Of a stretch of DNA of 56,738 nucleotides, positions 29,380-41,204 are shown in pieces (the stretch's first letter is position 1; each line of letters starts with the position of its first letter). The translations under genes and the position numbers were made by a program. Source of the DNA: Caulobacter sp. (GTDB lineage: Bacteria; Pseudomonadota; Alphaproteobacteria; Caulobacterales; Caulobacteraceae); assembly GCA_035627755.1 (NCBI GenBank), contig DASPLD010000221.1, forward strand, positions 1-56,738, given 5' to 3'. The notes under the pieces are model-generated. The model saw nothing but the letters and a program-made list of their open reading frames with translations, did no database searches and had not been told where the DNA came from.

Positions 29380-29451
29380 GACTCCCGTCGATCCTTTAGT
29401 TGGCGGGCGGACGTGAAAGAGCCCATCTATGGAGCCGAAGAGGAGTCAGCC

Positions 29452-29592
29452 ATGACCACATCTCATGAAGTTCATCGGCCGTCGGGCCTGGTTCGCTGGA
29501 TTGCCGCAGCCTGGGCCAGCCTGCGCCAGTCGTCCGACGCCTTCGTCCGCATGGCGTATGACAAGCCCTGGCTGAAGGACAGCGTTCGCTAG
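29452..29592 (+). CDS. 46-aa small protein divergent from the LysR gene
   Basis: SD GAGGAG 6 nt before ATG; MTTSHEVHRPSGLVRWIAAAWASLRQSSDAFVRMAYDKPWLKDSVR. Confidence 0.68.
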   Translation: MTTSHEVHRPSGLVRWIAAAWASLRQSSDAFVRMAYDKPWLKDSVR

Positions 29593-29694
29593 AGCAGGGC
29601 GCGATTTGATGGAATTTAAGCCACGCTGCTCCAGGTTTTTCGTGGTCGCGCGTTTGATCCGATAGCCGGTTCCCGCCTATCGGAACGCGCCCTG
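29590..29694. repeat. Degenerate CIR-like two-hairpin intergenic element
   Basis: TAGAGCAG...TGATGGAAT...CTGCTCCAG, T-rich linker, GCGCGTT.CCGATAG-CCGGT-CTATCGG.AACGCGC; resembles Caulobacter CIR elements as recalled. Confidence 0.55.
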
Positions 29695-29717
29695 GGAGCC
29701 GGAATGGGTCGGCGGCG

Positions 29718-29807
29718 TTAGATCGGCCAGCCCATCAGCTTCATGGTCGCCAGGGCCAGGATGGCCAGCGTCGGGACGCCAAGCGTCCAGTACATCACGT
29801 CTTTCAT
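29718..29807 (-). CDS. 29-aa single-TM peptide
   Basis: MKDVMYWTLGVPTLAILALATMKLMGWPI; GAGGGA upstream; GCAAC-N16-CGTT at 29836-29860. Confidence 0.55.
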   Translation of the reverse strand: MKDVMYWTLGVPTLAILALATMKLMGWPI

Positions 29808-29906
29808 CGTCACCGCTTCCCTCAGCCCGTCTTTCAACGCGCCGCCTCCCGTGGGGTTGCGGGGTGAGCGGAGCATGATTCGAGGCGTCGCCGAAGTCGC
29901 GGCGCG

Positions 29907-32900
29907 TCAGTGGAAGTCGCGGCTCCTGGGCAGCACCCGGACATCGCGCGGATGGCGGTGCTGGGGCGGCTCGCCCCGGCCCGGCGCGCTGGAGGCGGCC
30001 TCGTCGCCATGGGCCGGAACTGCCCGCAGCGGCGCTTCGGACAGCAGGCCCAGCGACCAGGTCCAGTCCTCGATGCTCTCGGCGACCAGATGGGTCACCC
30101 CCTCGGCCCGCTGCAGCCGGCCGCGCACCAGGATCATCCGGGCGGTCATGATCACCGGCCGGAACTGCTCGAACACCTTGGGCCAGACCACGATGTTGGC
30201 CACCCCGGTCTCGTCCTCGAGGGTGATGAAGCAGACCCCCTTGGCCGTTCCCGGCCGCTGGCGCACCAGCACCACCCCCCCGACGGCGGTCTTCCGATTG
30301 GCGGGATCCCCGTTGACCCGCTCGCAGGGGATCGCCCCGGCCCGCTCCAGCCGCTCGCGCAGGAAACCCACCGGATGGGCTTTCAGCGACAGGCGGATGG
30401 ACTCGTAGTCCCCGACCACCTCTTCCGACAGGGCCTGGGCCGGCAGGGACGGCGGCGGCGGCCCGTCCTCCTCCGCCACCCCCGCCTCGGCGAACAGGGG
30501 CAGCGGCTGGGCCCGTGGCAGTCCCCGAGCGGCCCACAGGCCGCCGCGGCGCGAGAGGTTCAGGGAGCCGAAGGCGTCGGCGGCGGCCAGCAGCTCGAGG
30601 CCCCGCGCGGGAAGGCCGGCGCGGCGGCGCAGGTCGTCGAGGTCGGCAAAGGGCCCGGCCAGACGCGCCGTCATGACTGCCTCGCCCCAGTCCTTCCGGA
30701 AGCTGTCGATCTGCCGCAGGCCCAGCCGCAGGGCGCAGCGGCCCCCGGCCACGGGCTCGAGCGTGCAGTCCCAGTCGCTGGCGTTGATGTCGGGGTGGCG
30801 CACCTCGACCCCGTGCTCGCGGGCGTCGCGGACCAGCTGGGCCGGGGCGTAGAAGCCCATCGGCTGGCTGTTGAGCAGGGCGGCGCAGAACACCTCCGGG
30901 TGGTAGCACTTCATCCAGGCCGAGACGTAGACCAGCAGGGCGAAGCTGGCCGCATGGCTTTCCGGGAAGCCGTACTCCCCGAACCCCTTGATCTGGTTGA
31001 AGCAGTTGTCGGCGAACTCCGGATCGTAGCCGCGCCGCTTCATCCGCCCGGCCAGCATCTCCTCGTAGTTCTGGATGGTGCCGTTGTGGCGGAAGGTGGC
31101 CATCGCCCGGCGCAGGCCGTTGGCCTCGTCGCCGGTGAACTCCGCCGCCTCCATGGCGATGCGCATGGCCTGTTCCTGGAACAGGGGGACGCCCATGGTC
31201 TTGTTGAGAATGTTCTTCAGCTCGTCCGGATGGTGCGGCGGCGCCGGCTTGGGGAAGACGATCTCATAGGTCTCGCCCCGCGCCTCGGCCTCCCGCTTGG
31301 CGGTTCGGGCGGCCAGGTAGGGGTGGACCATGTTGCCCTGGATCGGCCCCGGCCGCACGATCGCCACCTCGACCACCAGGTCGTAGAACTCCCGCGGCTG
31401 CAGCCTGGGCAGCATGGCCATCTGGGCCCGGCTCTCGACCTGGAAGACCCCCAGGGAGTCGGCCTTGCAGAGCATGTCATAGACCGGGGGCTCCATGTCC
31501 CGGCGCAGGAAGACCTTGGCCAGGTCCCAGGCCTCGCCGTAGTGGCGCTGGATCAGGTCGAAGCCCTTCTGGATGGCGGTCAGCATGCCGAGCGCCAGGA
31601 CGTCGACCTTCATGATCCGCAGTTCGTCGATGTCGTCCTTGTCCCATTCGATGAAGGTGCGGTCGTCCATCGCCGCGTTGCCGACGGGAACAAGCTCCAC
31701 CAGGGGCCCCTGGGTGAGCACGAAGCCGCCCACGTGCTGCGACAGGTGGCGGGGAAAACCGATCAGCTCGCGGGTCAGGTCCAGGGCCAGCCGCATCCGC
31801 TGCTCTTCCCGGGAAAGCCCGGCCCGCTCGGCATGGCCGTCCTCGACCTCGCTGCCCCAGCTGCCCCAGACGGTGCCGGCCAGGGAGCCGGTGACGTCCT
31901 CGGTCAGGCCCAGGGCCTTGCCCACCTCGCGGATCGCCGAGCGCGGCCGGTAGTGGATGACGGTGGCGCAGATGGCCGCCCGGTGGCGGCCATAGCGCTC
32001 GTACATGTGCTGGATGACCTCCTCGCGCCGGGCATGCTCGAAGTCGACGTCGATGTCGGGGGGCTCGTCCCGCTCTGTGGAGATGAACCGCTCGAACAGC
32101 AGCGACTGGCCGACCGGATCGACCGAGGTGATCCCCAGGCAGAAGCAGACCACCGAGTTGGCCGCCGAGCCGCGCCCCTGGCAGAGGATGGGCGGGGTCT
32201 GGTCTCGGGCCCATTTGACCATGTCGTGGACGGTCAGGAAGTAGTGGGCGTATTGCCGGGCCGCGATCAGGGCCAGTTCCTTGGCGATGGTGGCCTGGAC
32301 ATCCTCCGGGACCCCGTCCGGATAATGCCGGCGGGCGCCGGCCCAGGTCAGGTCGAAGAGGTGGCCGTCCGCCGTCTTGCCCGGCGGCACCGGCTCGTCG
32401 GGGTAGTGGTAGGACAGTTCGTCGAGGGAAAAGGCGCAGGCCTGGACGATCTCCAGGGTGCGGGACAGCGCCCGCTCGTGACCCCGGAACAGCCGGGCCA
32501 TCTCGGCGGGGGCCTTGAGGTAGCGTTCGGCGTTGGCCTGCAGCCTGAATCCGGCCGCGTCGACCGTGGTCCCTTCGCGGATGCAGGTCAGCACGTCCTG
32601 CAGCGGGCGGCGGTCGTAGTGGTGGTAGAGCGCCGCGTTGGTGGCGACCATCGGGACGCCCAGGCCGTCGGCCAGCCGCGCCAGATGGTTGAGCCGGGCC
32701 CGGTCGCGGCCGTCACCCAGAAGGTTGGCGCCCAGGTAGAGCCGGTCGGGCCAGGCCCTGGCCCAGTCGCGCAGCCGGGCGGCGAAGGCGGCGTCGATCA
32801 CCCGCGGGGCCGGGGCGATGGCGATGAGGCCTTCGCCGTGCGCCACGGCCTGGTCGAAGGTCAGGCGGCACTCGCCCTTGGTCGTGCGCCCGTCCTGGTC

Positions 32901-33221
32901 GTTGCCCAGCACCTCGCTCTTGCCCAGGGACAGCAGCCGGCAGAGCCGGCCGTAGGCCGCCCGGTCCCGCGGATAGACGATCAGGGGGCTGTCGTCGGTG
33001 AACACCAGCCGCGACCCGACCAGCAGCCGCATGCCGACCCGCTTGGCCTCCTTATGGGCCCGCACCACCCCGGCCAGGGTGTTGCGGTCGGCGATGCCGA
33101 TGGCGGCCAGGCCCAGGTGCTGCGCCTGGGACACCATTTCCCAGGGATGCGATCCCCCCTCCAGGAAGGAGAAGTTGCTGATCGCGTCGAGCTCGGCGTA
33201 GCTGTGCCGGGGGGCGGTCAT
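29907..33221 (-). CDS. dnaE2: Error-prone DNA polymerase III alpha (DnaE2/ImuC)
   Basis: SNFSFLEGGSHP, GRGSAANS, EPPDIDVDF, GFPRHLSQHVGG, YGFPESHAASF, C-terminal SRDFH. Confidence 0.97.
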   Translation of the reverse strand: MTAPRHSYAELDAISNFSFLEGGSHPWEMVSQAQHLGLAAIGIADRNTLAGVVRAHKEAKRVGMRLLVGSRLVFTDDSPLIVYPRDRAAYGRLCRLLSLGKSEVLGNDQDGRTTKGECRLTFDQAVAHGEGLIAIAPAPRVIDAAFAARLRDWARAWPDRLYLGANLLGDGRDRARLNHLARLADGLGVPMVATNAALYHHYDRRPLQDVLTCIREGTTVDAAGFRLQANAERYLKAPAEMARLFRGHERALSRTLEIVQACAFSLDELSYHYPDEPVPPGKTADGHLFDLTWAGARRHYPDGVPEDVQATIAKELALIAARQYAHYFLTVHDMVKWARDQTPPILCQGRGSAANSVVCFCLGITSVDPVGQSLLFERFISTERDEPPDIDVDFEHARREEVIQHMYERYGRHRAAICATVIHYRPRSAIREVGKALGLTEDVTGSLAGTVWGSWGSEVEDGHAERAGLSREEQRMRLALDLTRELIGFPRHLSQHVGGFVLTQGPLVELVPVGNAAMDDRTFIEWDKDDIDELRIMKVDVLALGMLTAIQKGFDLIQRHYGEAWDLAKVFLRRDMEPPVYDMLCKADSLGVFQVESRAQMAMLPRLQPREFYDLVVEVAIVRPGPIQGNMVHPYLAARTAKREAEARGETYEIVFPKPAPPHHPDELKNILNKTMGVPLFQEQAMRIAMEAAEFTGDEANGLRRAMATFRHNGTIQNYEEMLAGRMKRRGYDPEFADNCFNQIKGFGEYGFPESHAASFALLVYVSAWMKCYHPEVFCAALLNSQPMGFYAPAQLVRDAREHGVEVRHPDINASDWDCTLEPVAGGRCALRLGLRQIDSFRKDWGEAVMTARLAGPFADLDDLRRRAGLPARGLELLAAADAFGSLNLSRRGGLWAARGLPRAQPLPLFAEAGVAEEDGPPPPSLPAQALSEEVVGDYESIRLSLKAHPVGFLRERLERAGAIPCERVNGDPANRKTAVGGVVLVRQRPGTAKGVCFITLEDETGVANIVVWPKVFEQFRPVIMTARMILVRGRLQRAEGVTHLVAESIEDWTWSLGLLSEAPLRAVPAHGDEAASSAPGRGEPPQHRHPRDVRVLPRSRDFH

Positions 33222-34810
33222 GCGAACACCCCGTGCATCCACCAGCCGGGCGGGTGCGCCTCGATCACGCCGGGCTCGACCTCACGCTGGTCTTCGCGCT
33301 CGTAGAGACCTTCGCGGAACAGCCAGTAGCGGCGGCCCTCGCCGTCCTCGACCCGGTAGTAGTCGCGGGTGCGGGCCGGCCGGGCCCTGTCCGCGGGCCG
33401 CCACCATTCGGGGGAAATCCGCTCGGGTCCCTGGGCGCGGACCACCCGGTGGGCGACGCGCCGCCAGGTGAAGCGGGCCGGGGGGCCGTCGGGGATGCCC
33501 GCGATCGGCACCTCCACCGGCTCGGGCGGGTCGAGCAGCAGCAGGGGGCGGTCGGGCCGTGGCGGAGCCTCGGCCGGGGACGGCGCGCCCCTGCCGGCCG
33601 GGCGGCGGCCCTGGCTGCGCTCGGGCAGCCAGCTGCCCCGGCCCTCCAGCCGGAAGACCGACTCCTCGCCGAGCCGCGCGCCCAGCCGGTCGAACAGGGC
33701 CGACAGGGCCAGGTCGGCGTCCTCGTCGCGCCCTCTGTCGAGGTCGGCCTGCACCGGCTTGAGCGGCTCGGCCAGCTCGGCGGTCAGCATCAGGGCGTCG
33801 ATGCCGAAGCCGAGGTCGAGCTGCTCCAGCCCCCGCTCCTTGAGCACCTTGGCCAGGTGGGCCGGCCGGGCCGAGGGGGCGCTCAGGGATACGGTCAGGC
33901 TGGTGGCCCGGCCGTCGACCCGGAAGCCGGTCAGGGCCAGCCGACGGGCCCCCTGGCCGTCGCGCTCGAGCATCTCGGCCAGGGAGGGGGCGAGGTCGTT
34001 CAGCACCGTCTCCACCCCGGCGGCGTCGATCACCGGCTCCAGGAAGGTGCGCCAGACGCGCCAGCCGGGCGGCCGGCGGACCGGCTCGAGGATCTCCGGC
34101 TCGGCGCCCAGGGCCTGGTCGAGCCGCCGCACAAGGGTCAGCCCCGCCTCGCCCCGGAAACGGCGGGCCAAGCCCGAGCGGGGAAGCGCCATGAGGTCGC
34201 CGATGGTCCGCAGGCCGAACCGCGACAGCAGCTTGACGTCCTCAGGGCTGAGCCGCAGGGCCGCCGAGGGCAGGGGGGCGAGGGCCTCCCGCGTCGCGCC
34301 CGCCGGGGCCAGGCGCCGCTCGCGGCCGAACCGCGCCAGGGCCCAGGCGGCGCCGGCGGTGTCGGCCATGGCCAACCGGGCGGGAATGTTCGCCGCTTTC
34401 AACCGCGTGGCCATGTCGGTCAGGAGGGCGATCTCGCCCCCGAACAGATGGGCCCCGCCGGTCATGTCGATCAGCAGCCCCTCGCGGCCCGGATCCGCCG
34501 CGTCCATCGCCACGCAGGGGGAATAGCGCTCCGCCCACAGGGCGATTAGGCGCAGGGCCTCGGCGTCGCGCTCCGGTTCCGCCGGATGGGTGACCAGGGC
34601 CGGGTTCGCCGCCCGGGCGTCGGCGTGGGCCTGGCCCATGGCGTGGCCGAGCCGCCGGGCGGCCGGGTTGGTCGCCGACAGCACCAGGCCCCTGGGGCCC
34701 CGCTCGACCAGGGCGAAGGCGGTCCCTTCAGGCGGCGGAGACCGCCCGGCCGTGCGGGACCAGACCGTGATCGGCCAGTCCGGCAGCCAGACGGAAACGA
34801 TGCGCTTCAT
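33218..34810 (-). CDS. imuB: Y-family polymerase-like ImuB
   Basis: RYSP...GL..D.TG..HLFGGE, RPLLLL.PPEP, GPERI.PEWW...RDYYRVED..GRR.WL.R. Confidence 0.95.
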   Translation of the reverse strand: MKRIVSVWLPDWPITVWSRTAGRSPPPEGTAFALVERGPRGLVLSATNPAARRLGHAMGQAHADARAANPALVTHPAEPERDAEALRLIALWAERYSPCVAMDAADPGREGLLIDMTGGAHLFGGEIALLTDMATRLKAANIPARLAMADTAGAAWALARFGRERRLAPAGATREALAPLPSAALRLSPEDVKLLSRFGLRTIGDLMALPRSGLARRFRGEAGLTLVRRLDQALGAEPEILEPVRRPPGWRVWRTFLEPVIDAAGVETVLNDLAPSLAEMLERDGQGARRLALTGFRVDGRATSLTVSLSAPSARPAHLAKVLKERGLEQLDLGFGIDALMLTAELAEPLKPVQADLDRGRDEDADLALSALFDRLGARLGEESVFRLEGRGSWLPERSQGRRPAGRGAPSPAEAPPRPDRPLLLLDPPEPVEVPIAGIPDGPPARFTWRRVAHRVVRAQGPERISPEWWRPADRARPARTRDYYRVEDGEGRRYWLFREGLYEREDQREVEPGVIEAHPPGWWMHGVFA

Positions 34811-35402
34811 CGTCCCACTCCAGGAGCCATTCGCCGGGCGGTTCGCCGCGGCTGCGGGTTAGGGCGACGGTGAGGCGCGGGGCGCCCGGGGCCTCCTCGT
34901 CATAGGGGTGCGGGCCCGAGGGGGCCGGGCGGATGCGCCAGCGGCGCCGGGCGGCGCTGATGTCCTTCGGATCGCGGGTGCGCAGCAGCAGGCAGGGGGC
35001 CCCGGCCTCCCGCGCCGCCAGGTCGAGCCGGCGGCTGGCCAGCAGGGTCAGGCCGTCGACCGCCGCCACCGCCCCCGCCACCGCCCGCGACTTCAGCGCC
35101 TCCTCCAGGGCCCAGAGCAGCTGGCCCTCCTTCTGGGTCTCGACGATCAGCAGCCGGGCGGGGTCGAGGCCGAGGCCGAGCAGCCCGTCCCGGAACCAAA
35201 ACCCATGCTCGCGCGCCCACGGCCGGGGCGCCGCCAGCACCATCGGCCGCGGGTCGCCCTCACCGGTCCGGACCAGGGCAAAGGCCAGGGCGGCGATCCG
35301 CCCCTCAACGCCCTCGCCCCAGGCCTCCTCCAGCCCGAGCCGCTCCGCGCGCGGGGCCAGCGCGGGGTTGGAGCGGTTGGACAGGGCCGGGTCAAGGAAC
35401 AT
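34728..35402 (-). CDS. imuA: ImuA (RecA/SulA-like mutasome component)
   Basis: GLDPARL, LLWALEEALKS, SRRL.LAA, SAARRRWRI; first gene of imuABC. Confidence 0.9.
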   Translation of the reverse strand: MFLDPALSNRSNPALAPRAERLGLEEAWGEGVEGRIAALAFALVRTGEGDPRPMVLAAPRPWAREHGFWFRDGLLGLGLDPARLLIVETQKEGQLLWALEEALKSRAVAGAVAAVDGLTLLASRRLDLAAREAGAPCLLLRTRDPKDISAARRRWRIRPAPSGPHPYDEEAPGAPRLTVALTRSRGEPPGEWLLEWDDEAHRFRLAAGLADHGLVPHGRAVSAA

Positions 35403-35405
35403 CGT

Positions 35406-35420
35406 GTTTCTGTTTTGTTC
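35406..35420 (-). promoter_or_regulatory. Alphaproteobacterial LexA (SOS) box
   Basis: GAAC-AAAACAG-AAAC, one mismatch to GAAC-N7-GAAC, just upstream of imuA; TTGACT further upstream. Confidence 0.72.
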
Positions 35421-35549
35421 TCTTTTTCCGAAGAGTCAATGCGCGCTGTGGAGGTCGGTTGCGACTCCCGTTAGCGGAATCCGTTCCCCCCTTCCGCCAC
35501 CGGCTCTGCCGGCGGTCTCCCCCGTGAACGGGAAAGGACGGGGCGGGGA

Positions 35550-36599
35550 TTACAGCCCCAGTCTCCGCGCCCGTCCCGCAATCGTCAGCGCCAGGCGTTC
35601 GGCGATCAGGCGGTCGGGGCTGCCGGTCTGTTTGCAGGCCTTGTCGGCGGCGAGGATCTCGGGCTGCAGGGCGTCGATGTGGTCGAGGGTCCAGGCGCGG
35701 GCCTGGCGGAGGAACTCGCGCTCATTCTTCCAGAACACCCCGCTGGCCTTGGCCGCCTCGGGCAGGCCGGCGCCGCTGGCGACCAGGGTCAGAGTGCGGC
35801 GCAGCTTCGCCAGGTGCATGCCCATGGCGCGCACCGCCGGCGGTCCGGCCTCGCCCTCCGCGGCGGCGCGGGCCAGCCCGGCCTGGGCGGCGCCGAGCCG
35901 GCCGCCGAAGGCGTCGTTGGCGGCGTCGGCCAGGGAGGCTTCCGGCTCGACGCCCAGGAACGCCTCCAGCTCGGCGGCGCCGACCTGGCGGCCGCTGCCG
36001 GGGCCGATCCACAGGATCAGCCGCTCGATCTCCTGGCGGGCGACGCCGCGCTCCTTGGGCATGCGCGAGGCGAACAGGTCCAGGGCCGCCGAGTCGAGGC
36101 TGACCTTGTCGGCGGCCAGGGCTTCGCGCGCCATGCGGGCCACGTCCCCCTGTTCATCCTCGTAGCAGGGGATGGCGGCGGCGGCGGGCGCCTTCTCGGC
36201 CGCCTTGCGCAGGGCCGAGTCGCGGCCCAGCGCCCCGGCCTCGACGATCAGGAAGGCGTCGGGATTGAGTTTGCCCTCGGCATGGGCGGTGAGCGCCTCG
36301 GCGGCCGTCCTGTCGGGTGCGGCGCGTTCGCCGGTCAGGCGGACGCGGATCAACCGCCGGCCGCCCATCATCGAAAGCGCGGTGAGTTCCTCCTCCAGCC
36401 GTCCGGCCTGGTCGAGGTCGGTCTCGGTCAGCATGGCGACGTTGAAGGGGTCGTTGAGGTCGGGGGTGATGCGCCTGGCGAGACTATCGGCCCGCTCCCG
36501 CACGCCGCCCCGGTCGCGGCCATAGAGCAGGACGGCGCGGATGTTGTCCGGCGGGCCCTTGAGGAGGCGTTCGACGTCGGGGCGCTTGGAGACGATCAT
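35550..36599 (-). CDS. holA: DNA polymerase III delta subunit
   Basis: VLLYGRD.G.V.ER, SMMGGRRL, CYED, GVFWK; follows lptE. Confidence 0.93.
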   Translation of the reverse strand: MIVSKRPDVERLLKGPPDNIRAVLLYGRDRGGVRERADSLARRITPDLNDPFNVAMLTETDLDQAGRLEEELTALSMMGGRRLIRVRLTGERAAPDRTAAEALTAHAEGKLNPDAFLIVEAGALGRDSALRKAAEKAPAAAAIPCYEDEQGDVARMAREALAADKVSLDSAALDLFASRMPKERGVARQEIERLILWIGPGSGRQVGAAELEAFLGVEPEASLADAANDAFGGRLGAAQAGLARAAAEGEAGPPAVRAMGMHLAKLRRTLTLVASGAGLPEAAKASGVFWKNEREFLRQARAWTLDHIDALQPEILAADKACKQTGSPDRLIAERLALTIAGRARRLGL

Positions 36600-36630
36600 T
36601 GGAACTACTCTAAAGCGCCTCCCCCACCGC

Positions 36631-36764
36631 CGTCATCCCGGCCGTAGCGCGCAGCGCGGAGAGCCGGGACCCAGGGGCTAGCGGCAAACGGTCGGCAGCT
36701 CCGAGTGGCGGCGCCCTGTCCCTCCTGGGTCCCGGGTCTTTGCTGCGCTACCCCCGGGATGACG
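36631..36764. repeat. CGTC-tagged palindromic intergenic repeat, copy 3
   Basis: CGTCATCCCGG...CCGGGACCCAGGG / CCTGGGTCCCGGG...CCGGGATGACG. Confidence 0.9.
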
Positions 36765-36773
36765 GAGGGAGAG

Positions 36774-37268
36774 CTACCCGTTCCGCTTCAGCATCCAGAC
36801 GGCCAGGTCCATCTGGATCTTCCGGGCCAGTTCGTCAGCGACTTTCTGCTCGGCGTCCTGCTGGGCGCTGATCGCGGCGTAGGGCTGGTCGGCGCGGTCG
36901 AAGGTGACCTCGGCCTGGCTGACCCCTTGGGTGGCGGTAGAGCCGTCGGCGCGGGAGACCAGCTTCCAGCTGGCGGTGACCACATACTCATAGCGGCTGG
37001 CCACCCCGTCGGGCCGGCGGCCGCGCGGGATGCGGGCCTCCTTGAGGACCAGTTCGAGGCGGTACTCGGCCGGGCGGCCGTCGCGGGCCAGGGCGTCGTC
37101 GAGGGATTCGCGCAGCAGGGCGCCGGTGCGGCCCTCCGGGGCGATGGTCTCGATGGCCGAAAGGCCGGGCGACACGCCCGGGGCGGCGTACAGCGGCGTG
37201 AACCCGCAGCCCCCCAGCGGCAGGGCCAGGGCGCCAAGGAGCGCGAGAAGGGCTGCGGGTCGGATCAT
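36774..37268 (-). CDS. lptE: LPS assembly lipoprotein LptE
   Basis: Lipobox LGGC-GFTPLY; leuS-lptE-holA synteny. Confidence 0.88.
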   Translation of the reverse strand: MIRPAALLALLGALALPLGGCGFTPLYAAPGVSPGLSAIETIAPEGRTGALLRESLDDALARDGRPAEYRLELVLKEARIPRGRRPDGVASRYEYVVTASWKLVSRADGSTATQGVSQAEVTFDRADQPYAAISAQQDAEQKVADELARKIQMDLAVWMLKRNG

Positions 37269-37270
37269 GA

Positions 37271-39847
<2,577 letters not shown>

Positions 39848-39915
39848 TGCCGGTCTTTAGGGCGGCGGGGAACGGGGGGCAATCCTTCCCCCGCGCCCAT
39901 GGAGAAGGGGGAGCC

Positions 39916-40395
39916 TTACTCTTCGCTGATGTTGGCAAGTCGAAGCTTGCGGGCGCGGTCGAGGATGGCGTTTTCCATGTCGACCTCGGTCTGGGCCGCG
40001 GTCGGGGCGTCGACCCAGGTCCCGCCCTGGTTGACCTGCTTGAAGACGGTCACGTTGAGGGCGTCGGCCCGCAGGCGGGTGTCGAGGATGTAGGCGGTGA
40101 CCTTGAAGCGCTCGCCCGGCGTCGCCGGATCGCTGTACCAGTCGGTGATGATCACCCCGCCGTAGGGGTCGGCCGAGGCCAGCGGCATGAACTTCAGGAC
40201 GTCGAGCGTGGCGCGCCACAGGTAGCTGTTGACGCCGATCTCCGTGCCCTTCGGCGTCTTCTTGCCGCCGCCGATGCCCAGGAAGCCGCCGTTGCCGTCC
40301 TTGACCTGCTTGGGGCCGCTGGACCCACAGGCCGCCAGGGCCCCCGCCAGCATCACCACCGCGCCCAACCTGAACGCCCCGCGCGCAAACCGCAT
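39916..40395 (-). CDS. DUF3576 family lipoprotein
   Basis: Lipobox LAAC; IGVNSYLWRATLD...MPL.SADP.GGVIITDWY...ERFK. Confidence 0.88.
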   Translation of the reverse strand: MRFARGAFRLGAVVMLAGALAACGSSGPKQVKDGNGGFLGIGGGKKTPKGTEIGVNSYLWRATLDVLKFMPLASADPYGGVIITDWYSDPATPGERFKVTAYILDTRLRADALNVTVFKQVNQGGTWVDAPTAAQTEVDMENAILDRARKLRLANISEE

Positions 40396-40729
40396 GCTGT
40401 ATCGCTCCAAATCGCTGCGCCCCACGCCGGTGGATGTCGCAAGCCCTTCCCGAGAGGGGAAGGTGTGGCCAAGACTTGCAGCGCAATTGCGGCGAACCGG
40501 CGTCGGCCCGCGCAACGCGCCAGAAGCGTTGCGTCTACAACATGGCTGTCGCAGGTCCAACGATGAATCTCGTGGCCTTCCCGCCACAGGCGAGGCCTGA
40601 ATCGACCTGTGTTCGCCAAGCCGCGTTGACCCAATGTCGCCGTGATCGCTTATATAATGGGACTAGGAGCTGACGGCCCGACCCCGGGCAGACAGGTTCA
40701 GCGTGGGGACGGGCTTTTTAGAGCAGGCG

Positions 40730-41131
40730 ATGAGCAAGGCGCTTTACATGGCGGCGACTGCTGCGCTGATCCTGATCGGATCGGCCGGGGCGGCTCATGC
40801 CCAGCAGGCCAAGGCCAGGCCCAGCGAGGAATTCCGCGTCCGCGGCGACTTCGACCTGCGCGACAGCCGCCTCGGCCCCGCCCGTTCCGACCGCAGCCTG
40901 CAGTTCGACGCCAAGACCGGCAAGTGGGGGGTCAAGGTCGGCCTCGGCGCCCCGGTCGGCCGCGAAGCCGACGCCAAGGACCTCGAAGCCGGCGCCTACT
41001 TCAAGGTCACCCCTTCGCTCCGCGTCGGCGGCGCCGTTGGCCTGGCCTCCGAGCGCGACAACCCGGTCCGCCGCCCCAACGAGCGCGACGAAGCGCCCCG
41101 CGTGCGCCTGGAAACCACCTTCAAGTTCTGA
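40730..41131 (+). CDS. ntrZ: NtrZ-like periplasmic regulator
   Basis: Signal peptide; WG.K...AGAYFKVTPSLRVGGAV...PRVRLET.FKF; next to DUF3576/leuS as recalled for Caulobacter. Confidence 0.72.
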   Translation: MSKALYMAATAALILIGSAGAAHAQQAKARPSEEFRVRGDFDLRDSRLGPARSDRSLQFDAKTGKWGVKVGLGAPVGREADAKDLEAGAYFKVTPSLRVGGAVGLASERDNPVRRPNERDEAPRVRLETTFKF

Positions 41132-41158
41132 TCCTCCGCCAGGAGACCACCCAGCTTC

Positions 41159-41199
41159 CGTCATCCCGGAAGGCCGCGAAGCACTTATCCGGGATGACG
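41159..41199. repeat. Monomeric CGTC palindrome, copy 4
   Basis: CGTCATCCCGGA-N17-TCCGGGATGACG between convergent genes. Confidence 0.88.
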
Positions 41200-41204
41200 A
41201 GCGA

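Noticed and set aside
34728-34810. 83-bp imuA/imuB overlap as a possible frameshift
   Set aside because: Both frames carry their expected terminal regions, and such overlaps are common in imuAB.
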